Of a stretch of 64,000 nt of DNA, positions 12,676 to 25,197 are shown one piece after another. Position 1 is the first letter of the stretch; each line of letters begins with the position of its first letter. The translations under genes were made by a program, and so were the position numbers. Source of the stretch: Felis catus. Taxonomy: Eukaryota. Where the stretch lies: the NCBI RefSeq assembly GCF_018350175.1, contig NC_058368.1, positions 175,834,001-175,898,000 on the forward strand. The letters run 5' to 3'. Below the pieces are notes generated by a model. The model saw only the letters and a program-made list of their open reading frames with translations. It was not told the origin of the DNA and searched no databases.

Positions 12676-13414
12676 GAAACCAAAGGTGAGGGGAATTCTC
12701 TGGATAATGGCAAAAGACAAGCCCAGGCTGACAGCTCTATACCACAGTAGAGGGCAACCAGCCCACACCGGGAAAAATGAAATGTAAAAAATGGATTTTT
12801 TTTTCAGAAAGGTGAAATTGAGATTTAGGAGTTAAATTAATGATAAATACATAGAAAATTGAACAATCAAATAATAGTGACAATAAAAAGGCAATTGTTA
12901 ATTCCAGGTAAAACAAAAGATTAGTTCATAGCCATGGCTCCGTAAGGCATATATAAACATATATAAGAAACAATGAATGTTTATCAAGCCAAAATTACAA
13001 TATAAATATATGGGAAGGGTGGAGGGGTGGGAAGTGGTGGAAATGGAATGAGGAAAAGAGTGATAAGTCCTTATCATCCACAGTTAATGGATAAGACCCA
13101 AGACTGAAAAAGCCAGAGTTAGCAATTCAAGTATATAAAGAGATAGAGAGTAAATATTAAAAGAGCTGAAAACTGAATCCCCAGAAAGGGGAAATGGAGG
13201 GGAGGGGAACTAAGCAATGTTATTGGCATCTTAACAGACCTTGTAGAACTAGTCAAACTGTGCATACGTATAACCTCAACTAGAAAAAAGTCAAAACAAG
13301 AGAGAAAGGCACAAATCGATCCAATCATCAACAGCCTGGTGCATTGCACACTAAACCACAAGCACATTTTATAGTTAACATGTCTTATAATGAAACTCTA
13401 GAGTCAGCTTAACA

Positions 13415-13678
13415 CAGGAGTTCTCAACTAAGGGCACTTTTGCTCCCCGCAACCCCCACTCAGGGGACATTTAACAATGTCTAGGTGGGGGCGCCTGTGT
13501 GGCTCAGTCAGCTAAGTATCCAACTCTTGCTTTCAGCTCAGGTCATGATCTCACAGTCATGAGATCGAGCCCTGTGTCAGGCTCCGCACTTGCATTAGAG
13601 CCTGCTTGATATTCTCTCTCTACCTCTTCTTCTGCCCCTCCCCTGATTGCACTGCTTCTCTTTCTCTCTGTCTCTTTC

Positions 13679-13722
<44 letters not shown>

Positions 13723-13892
13723 AATGTCTGGATATATCTTTGATTGTCAGAACTCAGGGGATGGGGTGCATCTAGTAGGTAAAGACCAGGAATGCTGCTA
13801 AACTCCCTGCAATGCACAGACCGTCGAATGACAACAAAGGATTTGTTCAACAACTACCAAGAACTATGTGGCCCAAAATGTCACTAGTGCCA
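13415..13892. mobile_element. MER20 hAT DNA transposon split by a SINE
   Basis: GTTCTCAAC...GGGGACATTTAACAATGTCT [SINE] GGATATATCTTTGATTGTCA...CCAAAATGTCACTAGTGCCAAGATTGAGAAACCC. Confidence 0.8.
13487..13722 (+). mobile_element. CAN-SINE (older subtype) with (CAA)n tail
   Basis: GGGGGCGCCTGTGTGGCTCAG head; tail is about 14 CAA units (13678-13722); AATGTCT repeated on both flanks. Confidence 0.9.
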
Positions 13893-13948
13893 AGATTGAG
13901 AAACCCTTGCTCAACAGATGATTGGAAAGAGAAAGCCCTGTGAGGAAG

Positions 13949-14795
13949 TTCGGGAAAACCTGGTTCCTTTACACTCATACAGCACTCTGACACCAGATGT
14001 GTGGGTTTTTTCCCACACCAACTAATTCCCCAATTCTCTGTGGATATCAACTGGGTGTCTTGCAATTCAATTCAATTCTGACACTATCTACCTGCAGTTA
14101 GTGTTGGATCCCATAGGTTAAGTGCTCAGTCCCACAAGACTGTCCCTCTACTTCAGGTACCAATCACAAATCTCAGGTTTCCTGTACTTCTGTTCAACTG
14201 GCTATAAATCAGAGGCCCCCCTCCACGACCCCATCCTCAGGTTCAATAATTTGCTAGAATGGCTCACAGAACTCAAGAAGTCACTTTATTTATGTTTATC
14301 AGCTTACTAGATGACATGAAAGTGATGTATAGGGCAAGGCTGAGGGGTGGTATGGGAAGTCTCCATACACTCTCCAGGTGCACCACCCTCCTGGCACCCC
14401 CAAATGCTCGCCATCCAAGAAGCTCTGACCTTTATCCTTTTAGGTTTCTATGGAGGCTTCATTATGTAGGCATGACTAATTAAATCGCTAGCCATTGGTG
14501 ATTAGTCCAACCTCTAGTCCCTCTCTCCCCCCAGGAGGCAGGGGGATGGGGCTGAAAGTTCCAACCCTCTAATCCTCTGATTGGTCTCCGCCATTCTTAG
14601 GGCCTTTCCAAAAGTCACCACGTTAACATAAACTCTGGTGTGGTTGAAAGGGGCTTGTTTTGAATAACAAAGGACACTCTCTTCATCTTAAGCTCTCTCT
14701 TCACTTAGGAAATTCCAAGGATTTTGAAGAGCTCTGTGCCAGGAACAGGGGTGAAGCCCAAATATCTATTTCTCATTATAAATCACCATATCATA
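13949..14795 (-). mobile_element. Solo ERV LTR, MER21-like
   Basis: CAATTCAATTCTGACACTATCTACCTG and AGGAAATTCCAAGG...GAGCTCTGTGCCAGGAAC...ATTATAAATCACCATATCA; 5-bp TSD GGAAG at 13944-13948 and 14796-14800. Confidence 0.75.
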
Positions 14796-14799
14796 GGAA

Positions 14800-15221
14800 G
14801 TTGTTGAGATCCTCTAGGGAAGAAATCACAAAAGGCTGAAGTAAGAGACATCTAAGGTTGACTGCACAGAACTGAAACCGGACATGGTTGGTGACAGTGG
14901 AGACGAGGGCCTTTTCCCATTGCCAGGTTGCGAGGACGCTCAAGCAACCCGTGGAGAGGTCCGTGTAGGGAAGAACTGAGTCCTCCTACCAACAGCCAAG
15001 TGACTGAGCTGACCTGGAAATGGGACCCAAACCCCAGGCCAGCCTTCTGGTGCCTGAAACCCAGGCTGACAGCTGCCTGCAGCCTCACATGCTACACTGA
15101 ATGAGAACCACCCAGATGCTCCAGAATCCCCGAAACAGAAACTGTGAGATAATTCACGCTTCTTGTTTCAAACTGCTAAGTGTTGGTATAATTTGTTATG
15201 CAGCAAAGGATGACTAATACA
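14800..15221. mobile_element. MaLR LTR (MLT1-type)
   Basis: Ends CAGAAACTGTGAGATAAT...CTGCTAAGTGTTGGTATAATTTGTTATGCAGCAAAGGATGACTAATACA. Confidence 0.8.
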
Positions 15222-16571
15222 GATGGGCAGTGAGCAAGAGATGAAAACAGGAATGGCAAAGCAAAAGCAAAACCAAAGGGGCCAGATGGTCGTGGGGAGG
15301 GCAGGGCTAAGATAAAAAATTCAAAGAACGGCCACTGAGTCTGAGTTCCTCTGTTATCCAGCGGACTACATTACATATTTCCAAAAACATGTGGCCTCAG
15401 GATGAAAGCTGAGAAAGGAGCTGTAGTAGAAAAGATGCCTGTAAGAACGTAGCACAGTGTCAAAACATTTTAAGGGGGTGGGGGGCGGGGACCAACAAAA
15501 CCAAAGCCAATAGCTCACATTCTGGCATTGCACTATTTTCCTGGGCGACTCTAGTTCTGTAGTCCTAATTAACATTTATTTATTGTGTCTGGGGCTATAC
15601 TCACACTCAATTAGGTATCATCATCCTTGGTTTTGGTGAGGAAACGCCACCTCCCAGAACTGATGTGGCTTCTCTATAGTCCTACAAGGCCGGGACGTGA
15701 ACCCACATCAGGCTAGATTCAAAATCCACGCTAATCCCACCGCACCATCCACATCCCTTTGTAGAACACTTATTTACATTCCTTGGGATTGTTTGAATTC
15801 CCTTCCCTCTGCCTTCTTTTAAAAGAACTCTGCCAGGGTTCCTCCTCCCCCAACCCTTAAAAAAAAAAAAATCCTTTAATTATTGTTCATTCCTGAAATT
15901 AAGTGTCTACATATTTTACTAGGGAGACTCAGAAAGCCCTTACAGTGGTGGAATGCAGAAACCATGAATTGAAAGCTTCTTCAAGACTCTTCCTCATTCT
16001 CCGTCCCCTGGGTCTGGACGTGAAGCTATTCTGCCTGGCAACCTTCCTTGTCTCTCCACATCCCCCCACCCCTCCGGGGCACTGTCTGGCCAGAGCACAG
16101 CATTCTCTCAGCCCCATTCCCCTGGAAAATGTTGAGTCTGCGATGACATTGACACCCATTAGGGAGCTGTGCAGCTGTTCCCACACAGCCAGCCCAAAGG
16201 CCTTCCGGAAATTGTTTGCATTCACGCGCCTTCTGTCCAGCCTGGCAGTCTGCAAGGCCTGGCACCCCAGGACTGTGGCTGGAGTCGGGATGCACACTTT
16301 CTCTCCCTCTTCCGTGACTCCCTGAATGACTAGTAAATTGACAATTAATAGGTAAGAAAGACAGGTACTTCTTTCTTGCTATCTAGAATAAGCTGGATGG
16401 TGGGGGTGAGGGAGTTATAGTTTTTTATTTTTCCTTTGTGGTCATAGATAGCTGTTATTGTATTATTTAGATCTCATTTGGTTTAAGCGACATAAATCCA
16501 ATTCCAAATGGACTTGGTAAAAAGAAGAGTTTAATAACAGGGCACTGGAGTATCTCCAAGCAAGCAGAAGA

Positions 16572-16705
16572 AAGGGCAGGGATGCTTCCGAGGGGTCACC
16601 ATGTACAGTTGTGCAAGCTGCACACTGCACAACCCCAGGGGCCACTATATCACATATATATCATATGGTGGCCATATGAATTGTGCCCTGCACAACTCTT
16701 TTCAG
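16572..16705. mobile_element. MER91-like hAT MITE
   Basis: ATGTACAGTTGTGCAAGCTGCACACTGCACAAC...AATTGTGCCCTGCACAACTC. Confidence 0.6.
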
Positions 16706-16759
16706 TGTTCCTCCTCCAGGTTTCAGGAGTAACTAAAAGCAGCGTCTCAAACGTCACTA

Positions 16760-17110
16760 GGACTCTCTCTGTCTCCATCTCTGAAATGGGCTTCTCTCTG
16801 AATATTGACCAAATCCTTCCCACTGGTGGACTGGTTTCATTCATGTCTGTGAATGGTTCCTTACTTCCAAAGCCAAAGAGGGACTGACTTGTGCTTTTAT
16901 TGGTCTCAGCTTCAAAATTTCTAGGGAAGAGCTCTGATTGGTGGACTCGAGCTTGGTGTCTATCCTTCCACCAATCAAGAAGCTAGATGGCCCAGAGGCA
17001 GGCACTACCTTTGCCTTAGCTTGAGTCAGATTCCCACCTGAACACAGCATGTCTGCCCAGTAGGACGTAGGAGACGTAGGAGCACAGCCTTTGGGGAAAT
17101 TTAAAGCTTT
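16760..17110. mobile_element. MaLR LTR remnant (MLT1J/K-like)
   Basis: GGGAAGAGCTCTGATTGG...TGTCTATCCTTCCACCAATCA motif. Confidence 0.5.
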
Positions 17111-17689
17111 TAACCCTTGTTTGCCTTTTTTTTTTTCTTTTTGTGATTTCCAGAGCCTTTTGGGAGCACTAACTACCTGACAGTAGGACAACAGGTGGGA
17201 CGATATGGAAGTAAAATCGCTCCATTTCAAGAGTGGGTGTGAATTAAACTGACCTCCTCAGGGATTTTCATTTGATGAGGTCTCTATTCATATTTTGACT
17301 ATTTAGGGAACATTATGATCCTTCTGCAGTCACACGCAGGCAGCTTCCAAACTCTCTGTCTTGAAGACAGAAAATACCAATACTCTTCCCAAATTAACTG
17401 GCCACGGATGCTTGGTAACTGCCTCCTTCAAGGGGCCAGAGAGAAAAAAAAACAACAAACGCATAACTGTTCGGTTCATCTCCCTTCCTCCTGCCTCCAA
17501 CACCAGTGTGGAAGGCACACCTCTTTGCCCTCTGTACGACTATGCCCCCGGCACTCTCTCATCTTTTCTGAAGCCCCACCTTTTCATCCCGACTCCCACC
17601 AGGCATCACGGCTAGTAGTTTGAATACTCGAGCCAGAGGAGGACTCTCTGGGCGGCATGAAATCAAGGGGTTACTCTGAAAGGGACTGG

Positions 17690-18110
17690 GGGCTTGAGGA
17701 ATCACAGAAAATAAATACTGGCTGCCACGTGCCATAAATAGTCTCGGGCCATTTAATCCACATGTCACAAGGAGGGGTGCATGACTATTAATGACCAAAA
17801 TAAATAGTAATCAATTATGACGGTGGTAATGCTTTTGAAATTAGCCTGGGAAAGGATGACCCAGGCCATTTTTTATTACAGCTCAGGAAAATGGGACGCC
17901 AGCTGGGGCTAATAAGAGCTTTCATTAAAGCACGGAGAATCATCCGGCGCTGCAAAGAAAGCCCTCTCTGTCCCGTGGCCTGGCCCGGCCCTGACATGCC
18001 TTCTGCTTTTTAACAAGAACTGAAAGGTGGCGAGACAGACAGTTCTTGCCTTGGCACCGGGCAAAGTCGGCCTTTGAAAAGGCGGCGATTATTTTCAATG
18101 GCCCAGTGCT
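17690..18110. promoter_or_regulatory. Candidate enhancer / conserved non-coding element
   Basis: No recognisable repeat; dense homeodomain-type motifs (CCATAAA, TATTAAT, CAATTATGAC, TTTTATTAC, TCATTAA) and E-boxes (CACGTG, CACATG, CAGCTG). Confidence 0.45.
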
Positions 18111-18624
18111 GGGGAGTTTCGTTTCCCTTGCCCCGTCTCCCTGCACCGGCGCTAGGGCTGACTAGGGCAGCTGGCGGCAGTGGACGACCCCCGGGCAGAG
18201 GGTCTGGGCGGGTGAGGACGGGACAGGGCGGTTTGCAGGACTGGCTGGGTAGGGAGCCAGAGGGAGAAGAACGGTGGTTTCTGCACAAGGGAGCGTGTGT
18301 CTTTCCCCGACCTCTGTCCCCCAGTAGCTGCAGCAGAGATGGTCACTAGTATTTGCCCGTCAGCCCCTGCACCCCAGACAAGCACAGGGGGGCCCTCACG
18401 GCCCAGCCCTGACGGCAACTCTGCTCCTACACGTGCGGCACCTTTGGAAGTTTCATGGAAGTCGCTCACGGCTGGCTCCTGCCTCAGTTTCCCTTTCTGC
18501 CTCTCACCCGTTCACTATTTCTTGCTGTTTCTCTCTCGCTATGAAGAAGCTAAAGAAAGCCTCTCTCTTAGCCACCTGGTAGCGAAGCTTAAGAGTGACT
18601 CACTACCCAACATGCCGATAGAGA

Positions 18625-18828
18625 CTGGCTTTCAACCAGGCAGCTTTTACCTGCCAGGGGACATCTGGCAACGTCTGGAAACATTTTTGGCTGTCACAAC
18701 TGAGGTGGGAGTTGCTACTGGCCTCTAATGGGTAGAGGCCAGGGATGTTGCTTAACATCCTATAACGTATACAAGAAGGGATTTTCCCACCGGAAATGTC
18801 AATGGTGCTAAAGCTGAGAAAGCCCGGC
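18625..18828. mobile_element. MER20 hAT DNA transposon
   Basis: CCAGGGGACATCTGGCAACGTCTGGAAACATTTTTGGCTGTCACAACTG...GGGTAGAGGCCAGGGATGTTGCT...AATGTCAATGGTGCTAAAGCTGAGAAA. Confidence 0.9.
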
Positions 18829-18899
18829 TTCATCAATGGCTAAGGAAGCACTTAATCACCCCGCTTCCCAAAGGCTGGGCTGCCGGAAGACTGTGTATT

Positions 18900-19170
18900 A
18901 GCGGGTGCGGAAGTCTCAACCCACCTTCTGTGATAGAAACATCTGCAGAAAACGCAGCCGGCCAGAGGCGGAGCCACCCATCAGCGCAGTAAGTCATCGG
19001 CGACCCCGCCTCTTGCGGCCAGCCCCGGCCAATCGGATCAGCCGCTCCAGGGAAACTGAGGCAAAGGAGGAGGCTGCAGAAGCTCCCTTCCTAGCACATC
19101 TGCCAAAAGGGAGGACGTTCTTCTCCTCTATAAGGCCAGCTCGGGTTGCCCATAAATCTCCAGGGTCTGA
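18900..19170 (+). promoter_or_regulatory. CpG-rich promoter-like patch (GC boxes, CCAAT box, TATA-like)
   Basis: GAGGCGGAGC 18965-18974, ACCCCGCCTC 19003-19012, GGCCAATCGG 19027-19036, TATAAG 19129-19134. Confidence 0.4.
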
Positions 19171-20764
19171 TCGACCCAGGAAGGGCTCCCAGGCAGTTTG
19201 CTCATGGCCAAGAGTTGAAAACAAATCCCACAACACGGCTTTAGTCTCAACATTCATCTGGCAGTTGCACGCAAGGCCGTGTGCCAGGTGCTTTGTATAT
19301 TCTATCTGATTCCATCCATGCAACAGGGCTGCAGCGTTTTAATTCCCACTTTACCCCATAATGCATAAGTTGTGCAGCTGGAATCTTTGACTAGGTCCAA
19401 CAGCGATCTTGTAATGCTCCGCTCAAAATCAAGTCGTTTTCGCGTCAAAAAATGGCATTTATTTAGACTTCATAGAAATTCTAGAGATTTGGGTTGTGGG
19501 AGCAGAAGCCTATCATTTATGGAGTGCCAACTCCATGCCAAGCACTCTGCTAGACCTACACGTAAATTATTTCATTGCCCCCTCTCCAGAATCCCGTGAG
19601 ACACCCTGAGCCCATTTCAAGGATCAGGAAACTTCCAGGGGAAGGACAGTAACACAGAGAGCCTCAGCATTTACTTATGTAACGGTAATGCCCCAGTGCT
19701 TGGCAAGAGCCATCATTATTAAGAGGTACTGGGCTATCATAGGGGCATAATTCAATCGGGGCTACTGTCAGAGAAGATGCGCAAGGGAGCCCACAATGTT
19801 CCCCTCCAACCGTGGGTGCTTCTAGAGCCAAAACCTTGAGGCACACCCCTAGTGAGTCTGCTTAGTAAGGCAGAAAGACGCTGGCTTCTGAAAAGCCCCC
19901 ACACACCAAGACAACACTGGTCTCCATTCGGTGTCCTCGGAAAAAGGGCCTCATTTTTGTTTTTCCTCCTCTCTGGTCCAGAGCGGCGACAGAGAACAGC
20001 GGGTGACCACGGTGTCTAAAATCTTTCATAAACCTGAAGACCCGTTGTATAATCAGCCTTCTCCAAGTGAACTAACCCTAGTTCTTCTGAGTGTTTCTAA
20101 GAGATCATTGACTCTCTAAGCTTCCTCGGCAAACATGTCGACCGCTTCGGAAGTTCTGTTCCTCTTAAGGGTCAGAGACCACAGTCAGATACCATGTTGA
20201 GTTCATCACTCTGCAGAACGAGAACTCTCTCACAAATTTCATCAGGGGGTGATTTCCCAGGAGAACCAGCAGGGGGGAAATGGTGACAGCGTGAAATGCT
20301 CAAAGATGCCGGAGTTCAAACACTGGCTTCCCCTGCCGCTAGCCGTGTGACTTCAGGCAGAACAGCAAGGCTTGCAAGACCTCCATTTCTTTACCTCCAA
20401 AGCAGAAGGAATGACTTTCCCAAGGGGTTCGAGTGAGATCATGTAAGTTAAATGCTTGGCACCAGTGGGAACACTCTACCCAGTAACTGTCATGACTTTA
20501 CTGTTGTGCCCTCCCCTAGTGTAGCCACTTCCTTATTTACGATTCCTCTGAATTAAACAAAGACCGCAAACCAAAGAAAGGAAGTTCTCACTGGCCCTGT
20601 CTGCCTCCGGAAGAAGTAAGCCCACTGTCCCCTGGATGCATTTGAACCAGGCTGCTCACATCCCCATGGGAATCAGGGAAGGTGTTTCTACTTTGGGTGG
20701 GAATGGGCTTGATGACCTCTTAGAATCCCTTTCAACTCCAAGATTCTATTAAGAACTCAGGTCA

Positions 20765-20977
20765 GGGGCACTTGGGTGGCTCAGTTGGCTAAGCGACCTA
20801 CTTCGGCTCAGGTCATGATCTCATGGTTGTGAGTTCGAGCCCCGCGACGGGCTCCGTGCAGACAGCTCAGAGCCTGGAGCCTGCTTTGGATTCTGTGTCT
20901 CCCTCTCTCTCTGCCCCTCTCCCATTCATGCTCTGTTTCTCTCTGTCTCTCAAAACTGAATAAACATTAAAAAAAAA
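20765..20977 (+). mobile_element. CAN-SINE (feline SINEC)
   Basis: Full length; imperfect TSD AAGAACTCAGGTCA / AATAACTCAAGTCA. Confidence 0.93.
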
Positions 20978-21556
20978 TAACTCAAGTCAACCCACGCTCT
21001 CACCCCTTATCCATTTTCCACAAAGAACTCCAACCAGACTTTCCATGGGGGAAATGCAGGAGAGATGGTACCCGTATCTCTCACAGCATACTTCCTCCAT
21101 TCTTCATCAGACATGTCTAACCTCCAAGTTCCCATTCTCTTGTGCTTTCCCTGGGGTATTATTCCTCTTCTGGAATGCTTCCCCTGAAAATGCTTCATCT
21201 CCTTTCTATTGGGTCAAGCAATGCAGCCTTGCCCTCAGCCATGTCTACCCCATCCAGGTCAGTTATAGCCAGCTAACAGGATCCACTCTCCTTGGTAGCC
21301 AGTGGACCGTCTACTCTTCCTGGAGCATGGCCTCTGGGGTCTCACTCCACGACCAAAAAGATTTATCAGAGAATTTCTCTCCTATACACACGGAATTTTT
21401 TTCTGGAAGAAATTCCTATAATACAATTTTCTCCACCTTCTTGCATACAATTTAATGATTTCTGCCTCCAGTTCCAAGAGCCTGTAATACTTCCTTGTAA
21501 AACAAACTATGCCAACAAACATTTATATAATTATAGATTTAAAAAGTTCCCTCACT

Positions 21557-21776
21557 GGGGCGCCTGGGTGGCTTGGTCGGTTGAGCGTCTGACTTCGGCT
21601 CAGGTCATGATCTCACGGTCCGTGAGTTCGAGCCCCACGTCGGGCTCTGTGCTGACCGCTCAGAACCTGCAGCCTGTTTCAGGTTCTGTGTCTCCCTCTC
21701 TCTCTGCCCCTCCCCTGTTCATGCTCTGTCTCTCTCTGTCTCAAAAATAAATAAACGTTAAAAAAAAATTTTTTTT
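21557..21776 (+). mobile_element. CAN-SINE (feline SINEC)
   Basis: GGGGCGCCTGGGTGGC head, CT tract, AAAATAAATAAACGTT tail. Confidence 0.95.
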
Positions 21777-23699
21777 AATTCCCTTACACATTTTATCCAC
21801 TGACTTTATCTGGACCCAACATCTAATAGAGCTAGGCTGCAGCACCACAACTTGCCCATAGGTGGCACCAGCTCACACACTTTTCTATGTCAGCACAAAA
21901 TGTATCTTGAGATCTAGGTTTCAGGTTATGTAAAATGAACTAGCTGCATACTTCTCTGCTTTGGGAAACTCAAACCTTACCAATTATCCTTCCAATAAAA
22001 GGGAGTAGGTGCACTGGACTCCCTCTTTCCAAGGCTCTGGTTGGTGGTACCTTCCCAGTTGACTTGCCATGTCAATTTCTCACAGAGAGTTCCCTTCCCC
22101 ACAGCACAATTTAGCCTCTTTCAATTATCCCTTCCAGGTCGTAGTCAGCAGATGCTCCCAGCATCTTTCAGGTCACATGTCAGGGAAACCTCCAAGGGCT
22201 GCGGGACCCCAGGATGCAGTGACTTTACTCTTAAGACACAGTCATGATCCTCTGTTGAAAGGAGTTGGCCTTCTGCCTCCGGAATGCAGTGTGATTCCTT
22301 CCCAGCCAGGAGACAACTGCTTAAACTGGACACTGCCCACCGATGTTGTCCAAGTAGGCAAACTCCTGGCTCCTTATAAATCCTCCTTCAGAGTTATAAT
22401 TTTTAACAGCAATTGCAAAACGACTTTGGGCGAACCAAAGGAAACACAGTGGACGGCACTTGAAAAACAATCGAGGCCCACACGCTGCCCCCATCCAGCA
22501 TTGGGACTTACATGAAGGGGGACTTCACCAGGAGCAATCTCTTCGCCAACCACTGCAGCTGGGCAGAAAAATGGGGCTGCCATGAGTTAGAGGGAAAGTT
22601 AACCCGTAGACTTTTCAGTGCATTTTGGAAAGCCCAAGCCTCCCCGACATTTCCGCAATCTCTCCTTCTCCCTTGCTGAGTCAGAGCTGGGCTTTGCAAA
22701 ACTCATATGAGAAATGTCTGTCCTTCATAGTCCTTTTCCGACTGCCACCACCCGCCTCCCGCACGCGCACACACCACCGGTTCTTTTTTCCTGCCTGGCA
22801 GTACCAGCCTCCGTGGCTACCTCTTCCCATCCCCCTGGCCCCCACACCTAGGGATCCTTCACCTTCCTACCCTCTGTTTGCAGAGCTACTTAGCACTCTG
22901 CCTCGTCTCCCAGATGTGCTCGCAGAAGCTTTTCAACATGCTGAGCAGAGCAAAGGACTTCCCAAGACTGTAGCCCACCCGCCTAAGCAAGCATAGAATT
23001 AAACCAAGTCCTGCCCACTGACCACACTCATTCCACAATTATTGGTCAGGAATCTGCTGTGCGCCAGGCACTGGGCGGTATGGAGAATATGGACTATATT
23101 CTACGCCCCTTTAGATCCTATCGTGTGACAGCTGCTCTCATCTTGTTAGAAGAATGCCCAGAAATATTATTAATATTGTGTTTCTTGTTGCGATTCCACC
23201 GTTGGCCTCAACTCACCCCTTTTGCCTCTGCAAGAGATTTTGCCCGATCCTATGAGCTCTGCTCTCCAACTTCAGTCATTTGTAAACCGTCTTTATGAGT
23301 TTTGCCATAAGCACGTACCACCTATGTTTTATTGGCTTTCTATAAGTCTTTAAAGTGATTCACTTTCTTTACTTAACCATTTTTAAAAATTTTATATCAC
23401 TACCATAAACGGAAAACTTGCCATAAATAGAAGGCAACCCTAACATTAAATGCAATTTTAAAACTATGCTATGAAATTTTAGCTAAATACAGAAACTTGA
23501 GCCTGTGCCCACTCTCTGTTAAAAAAGAGAGCACAGGATATATTAGACAGGTGTTAAAGGCAGTCTAGCACCACACCGACACTTATTTGTTAGGGTTACC
23601 CAGATAGTTAAGTGCTCTCACTGAGGAATGTAGTACAGTTTCATGCCATCTCTGTGTACCATCTACAATCATGTTAGTTACCACCGGTAACTTCCGTCT

Positions 23700-24060
23700 A
23701 AATCAGTCAGGATAGCCATGTTCTGCCGCGGTAACAGACAGATGACCTTCAAATCTCAGCAGTCGAAAGCACAAAGGTCATGTCTTGCTCATATTCACTG
23801 TGGGTTGACAGGGTCCCTACTCATTCCTGTTGCTTGGAGTTCCAGGCCGATGAAGCAGCCACCGTCTTAAGTGTGGAGGGTCATTGTGCCACAGGGAAAG
23901 GAGACAGTAATATGAAGAACTCCCTGGATGCACTGGTCTTTAACACTTGCACCCAGCAGCAAAGTCTCACCACTTCTGCCCACTATTCAATGGCTAACTC
24001 AAGTCACATTGTCAGCTCTGACTTCACCTGAGCAGGAAGTACAATCCTACGTGGAAGGGG
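23700..24060. mobile_element. MaLR LTR remnant (MLT1K/L-like)
   Basis: TCAGTCAGGATAG...CTGCCGCGGTAACA...CAAATCTCAGCAG...ATTCAATGGCTAACTCAAGTCACAT. Confidence 0.6.
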
Positions 24061-24361
24061 AGAGAGCTGGAATAGTTGTGATCAGCCATACAGACGTCCA
24101 TCCCACCCCACGCACTGAGAACACCGTCCCAAACAGCTGGTCCCCAGCCTCTCTGCCAGGCACGGATTCCTATATCACCTGCAAGAACCAGGTAAACCCA
24201 ACCACTCACCATTCTGTGACCATGACCGTGCTCTGCACTCACCCTCCCCTATCTATGTCCATGGCTCCCACTTACTGGAACACCCTCTCCTTGTCTCTCG
24301 TCCTAGTCACCCTTCAAGATTTTACCTGTTACTAAGGCTTTATCCACTCCCAAACTGAAAG

Positions 24362-24363
<2 letters not shown>

Positions 24364-24399
<36 letters not shown>
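24364..24399. repeat. (GT)n microsatellite
   Basis: About 18 GT units. Confidence 0.97.
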
Positions 24400-24400
<1 letters not shown>

Positions 24401-24457
24401 CCAAGGCTAACATTTTAGATTTTTCAGAGCTAAAAGGGATGGACTCCTCCATTTATA

Positions 24458-24678
24458 ATAGAATTTCTCAACCCCAACACTGTTGATATTTGGGTAGGAT
24501 AATCCTTTTGCATGAAGGACTGTCCTGTTAATTGCAGTATGTTTAGCAGCATCCCTAGCCTTTGCCTAGATGCCAATGGCAACTTCTCCCTCCAGTTGTG
24601 ACAACAAAAAAAATGCTGTAAGACACTGACTGTTCCTTTGGAGGGAGGGTAAAACTTCACCCACTTGAAAACCACTGT
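24458..24678. mobile_element. MER20/MER3-type hAT DNA transposon
   Basis: TTTCTCAACCCCAACACTGTTGATATTTGGG...GTTTAGCAGCATCCCTAGCC...CCAGTTGTGACAAC...TTGAAAACCACTG. Confidence 0.8.
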
Positions 24679-24923
24679 TTTACAAGGCAGCCAAGAGGAA
24701 TTCAATATTGTGCCCAAGATGACATGGTAAGTTAATGGCCAAAGGGTCTGGAGGAATCCAGACTCTTGATTCTCCCACCTCCCACCTCTGATCTAGTGTT
24801 CTTGGTGCTGGTGCATGGGGCTCCGGCTGGGAGCATAAATGAAGGAAATAGACTGAGCTCATATTCTTTTGTCACATTTGATGTACCCATCGAACAATTC
24901 TATGAGGAAATATGCTCTCTCAT

Positions 24924-25136
24924 CGGGCACCTGGGTGGCTCAGTCGGTCGAGCGTCCGACTTCGGCTCAGGTCATGATCTCGCAGTTTGTGGGTTCGAGC
25001 CCCGTGTTGGGCTCTGTGCTGTCAGCTCGGAGCCTGGAGCCTGCTTCGGATTCTGTGTCTCCTTCTCTATCTGCCTCTCCCCCACTTGTGCTCTGTCTCT
25101 CTCTATCAAAATTAAATAAATGTTAAAAATATTTTA
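24924..25136 (+). mobile_element. CAN-SINE (feline SINEC)
   Basis: Full length; imperfect TSD ATATGCTCTCTC / ATATACTCTCTC. Confidence 0.93.
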
Positions 25137-25162
25137 ATACATATACTCTCTCTTACTTAAAA

Positions 25163-25165
<3 letters not shown>

Positions 25166-25194
<29 letters not shown>
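25166..25194. repeat. (CA)n microsatellite
   Basis: About 14 CA units. Confidence 0.95.

Positions 25195-25197
<3 letters not shown>

Larger units (their letters stand above)
10480..13300 (+). mobile_element. Degenerate HAL1/L1ME-type element with ORF1 remnant, interrupted by an MLT1 LTR
   Basis: Long A-rich strand; ORF 11981-12193 contains L1 ORF1p-like FKILKEKYFQPRILYLAQLSL. Confidence 0.65.

Noticed and set aside
18571..18586. CTCF-like GCCACCTGGTAGCG (also weak matches near 40116 and 41476)
   Set aside because: Mismatches at high-information positions and no upstream module
22041..22996. Overlapping 60-148 aa ORFs in a repeat-poor region
   Set aside because: ORFs on both strands with no recognisable homology; a small exon cannot be excluded without BLASTX or RNA-seq
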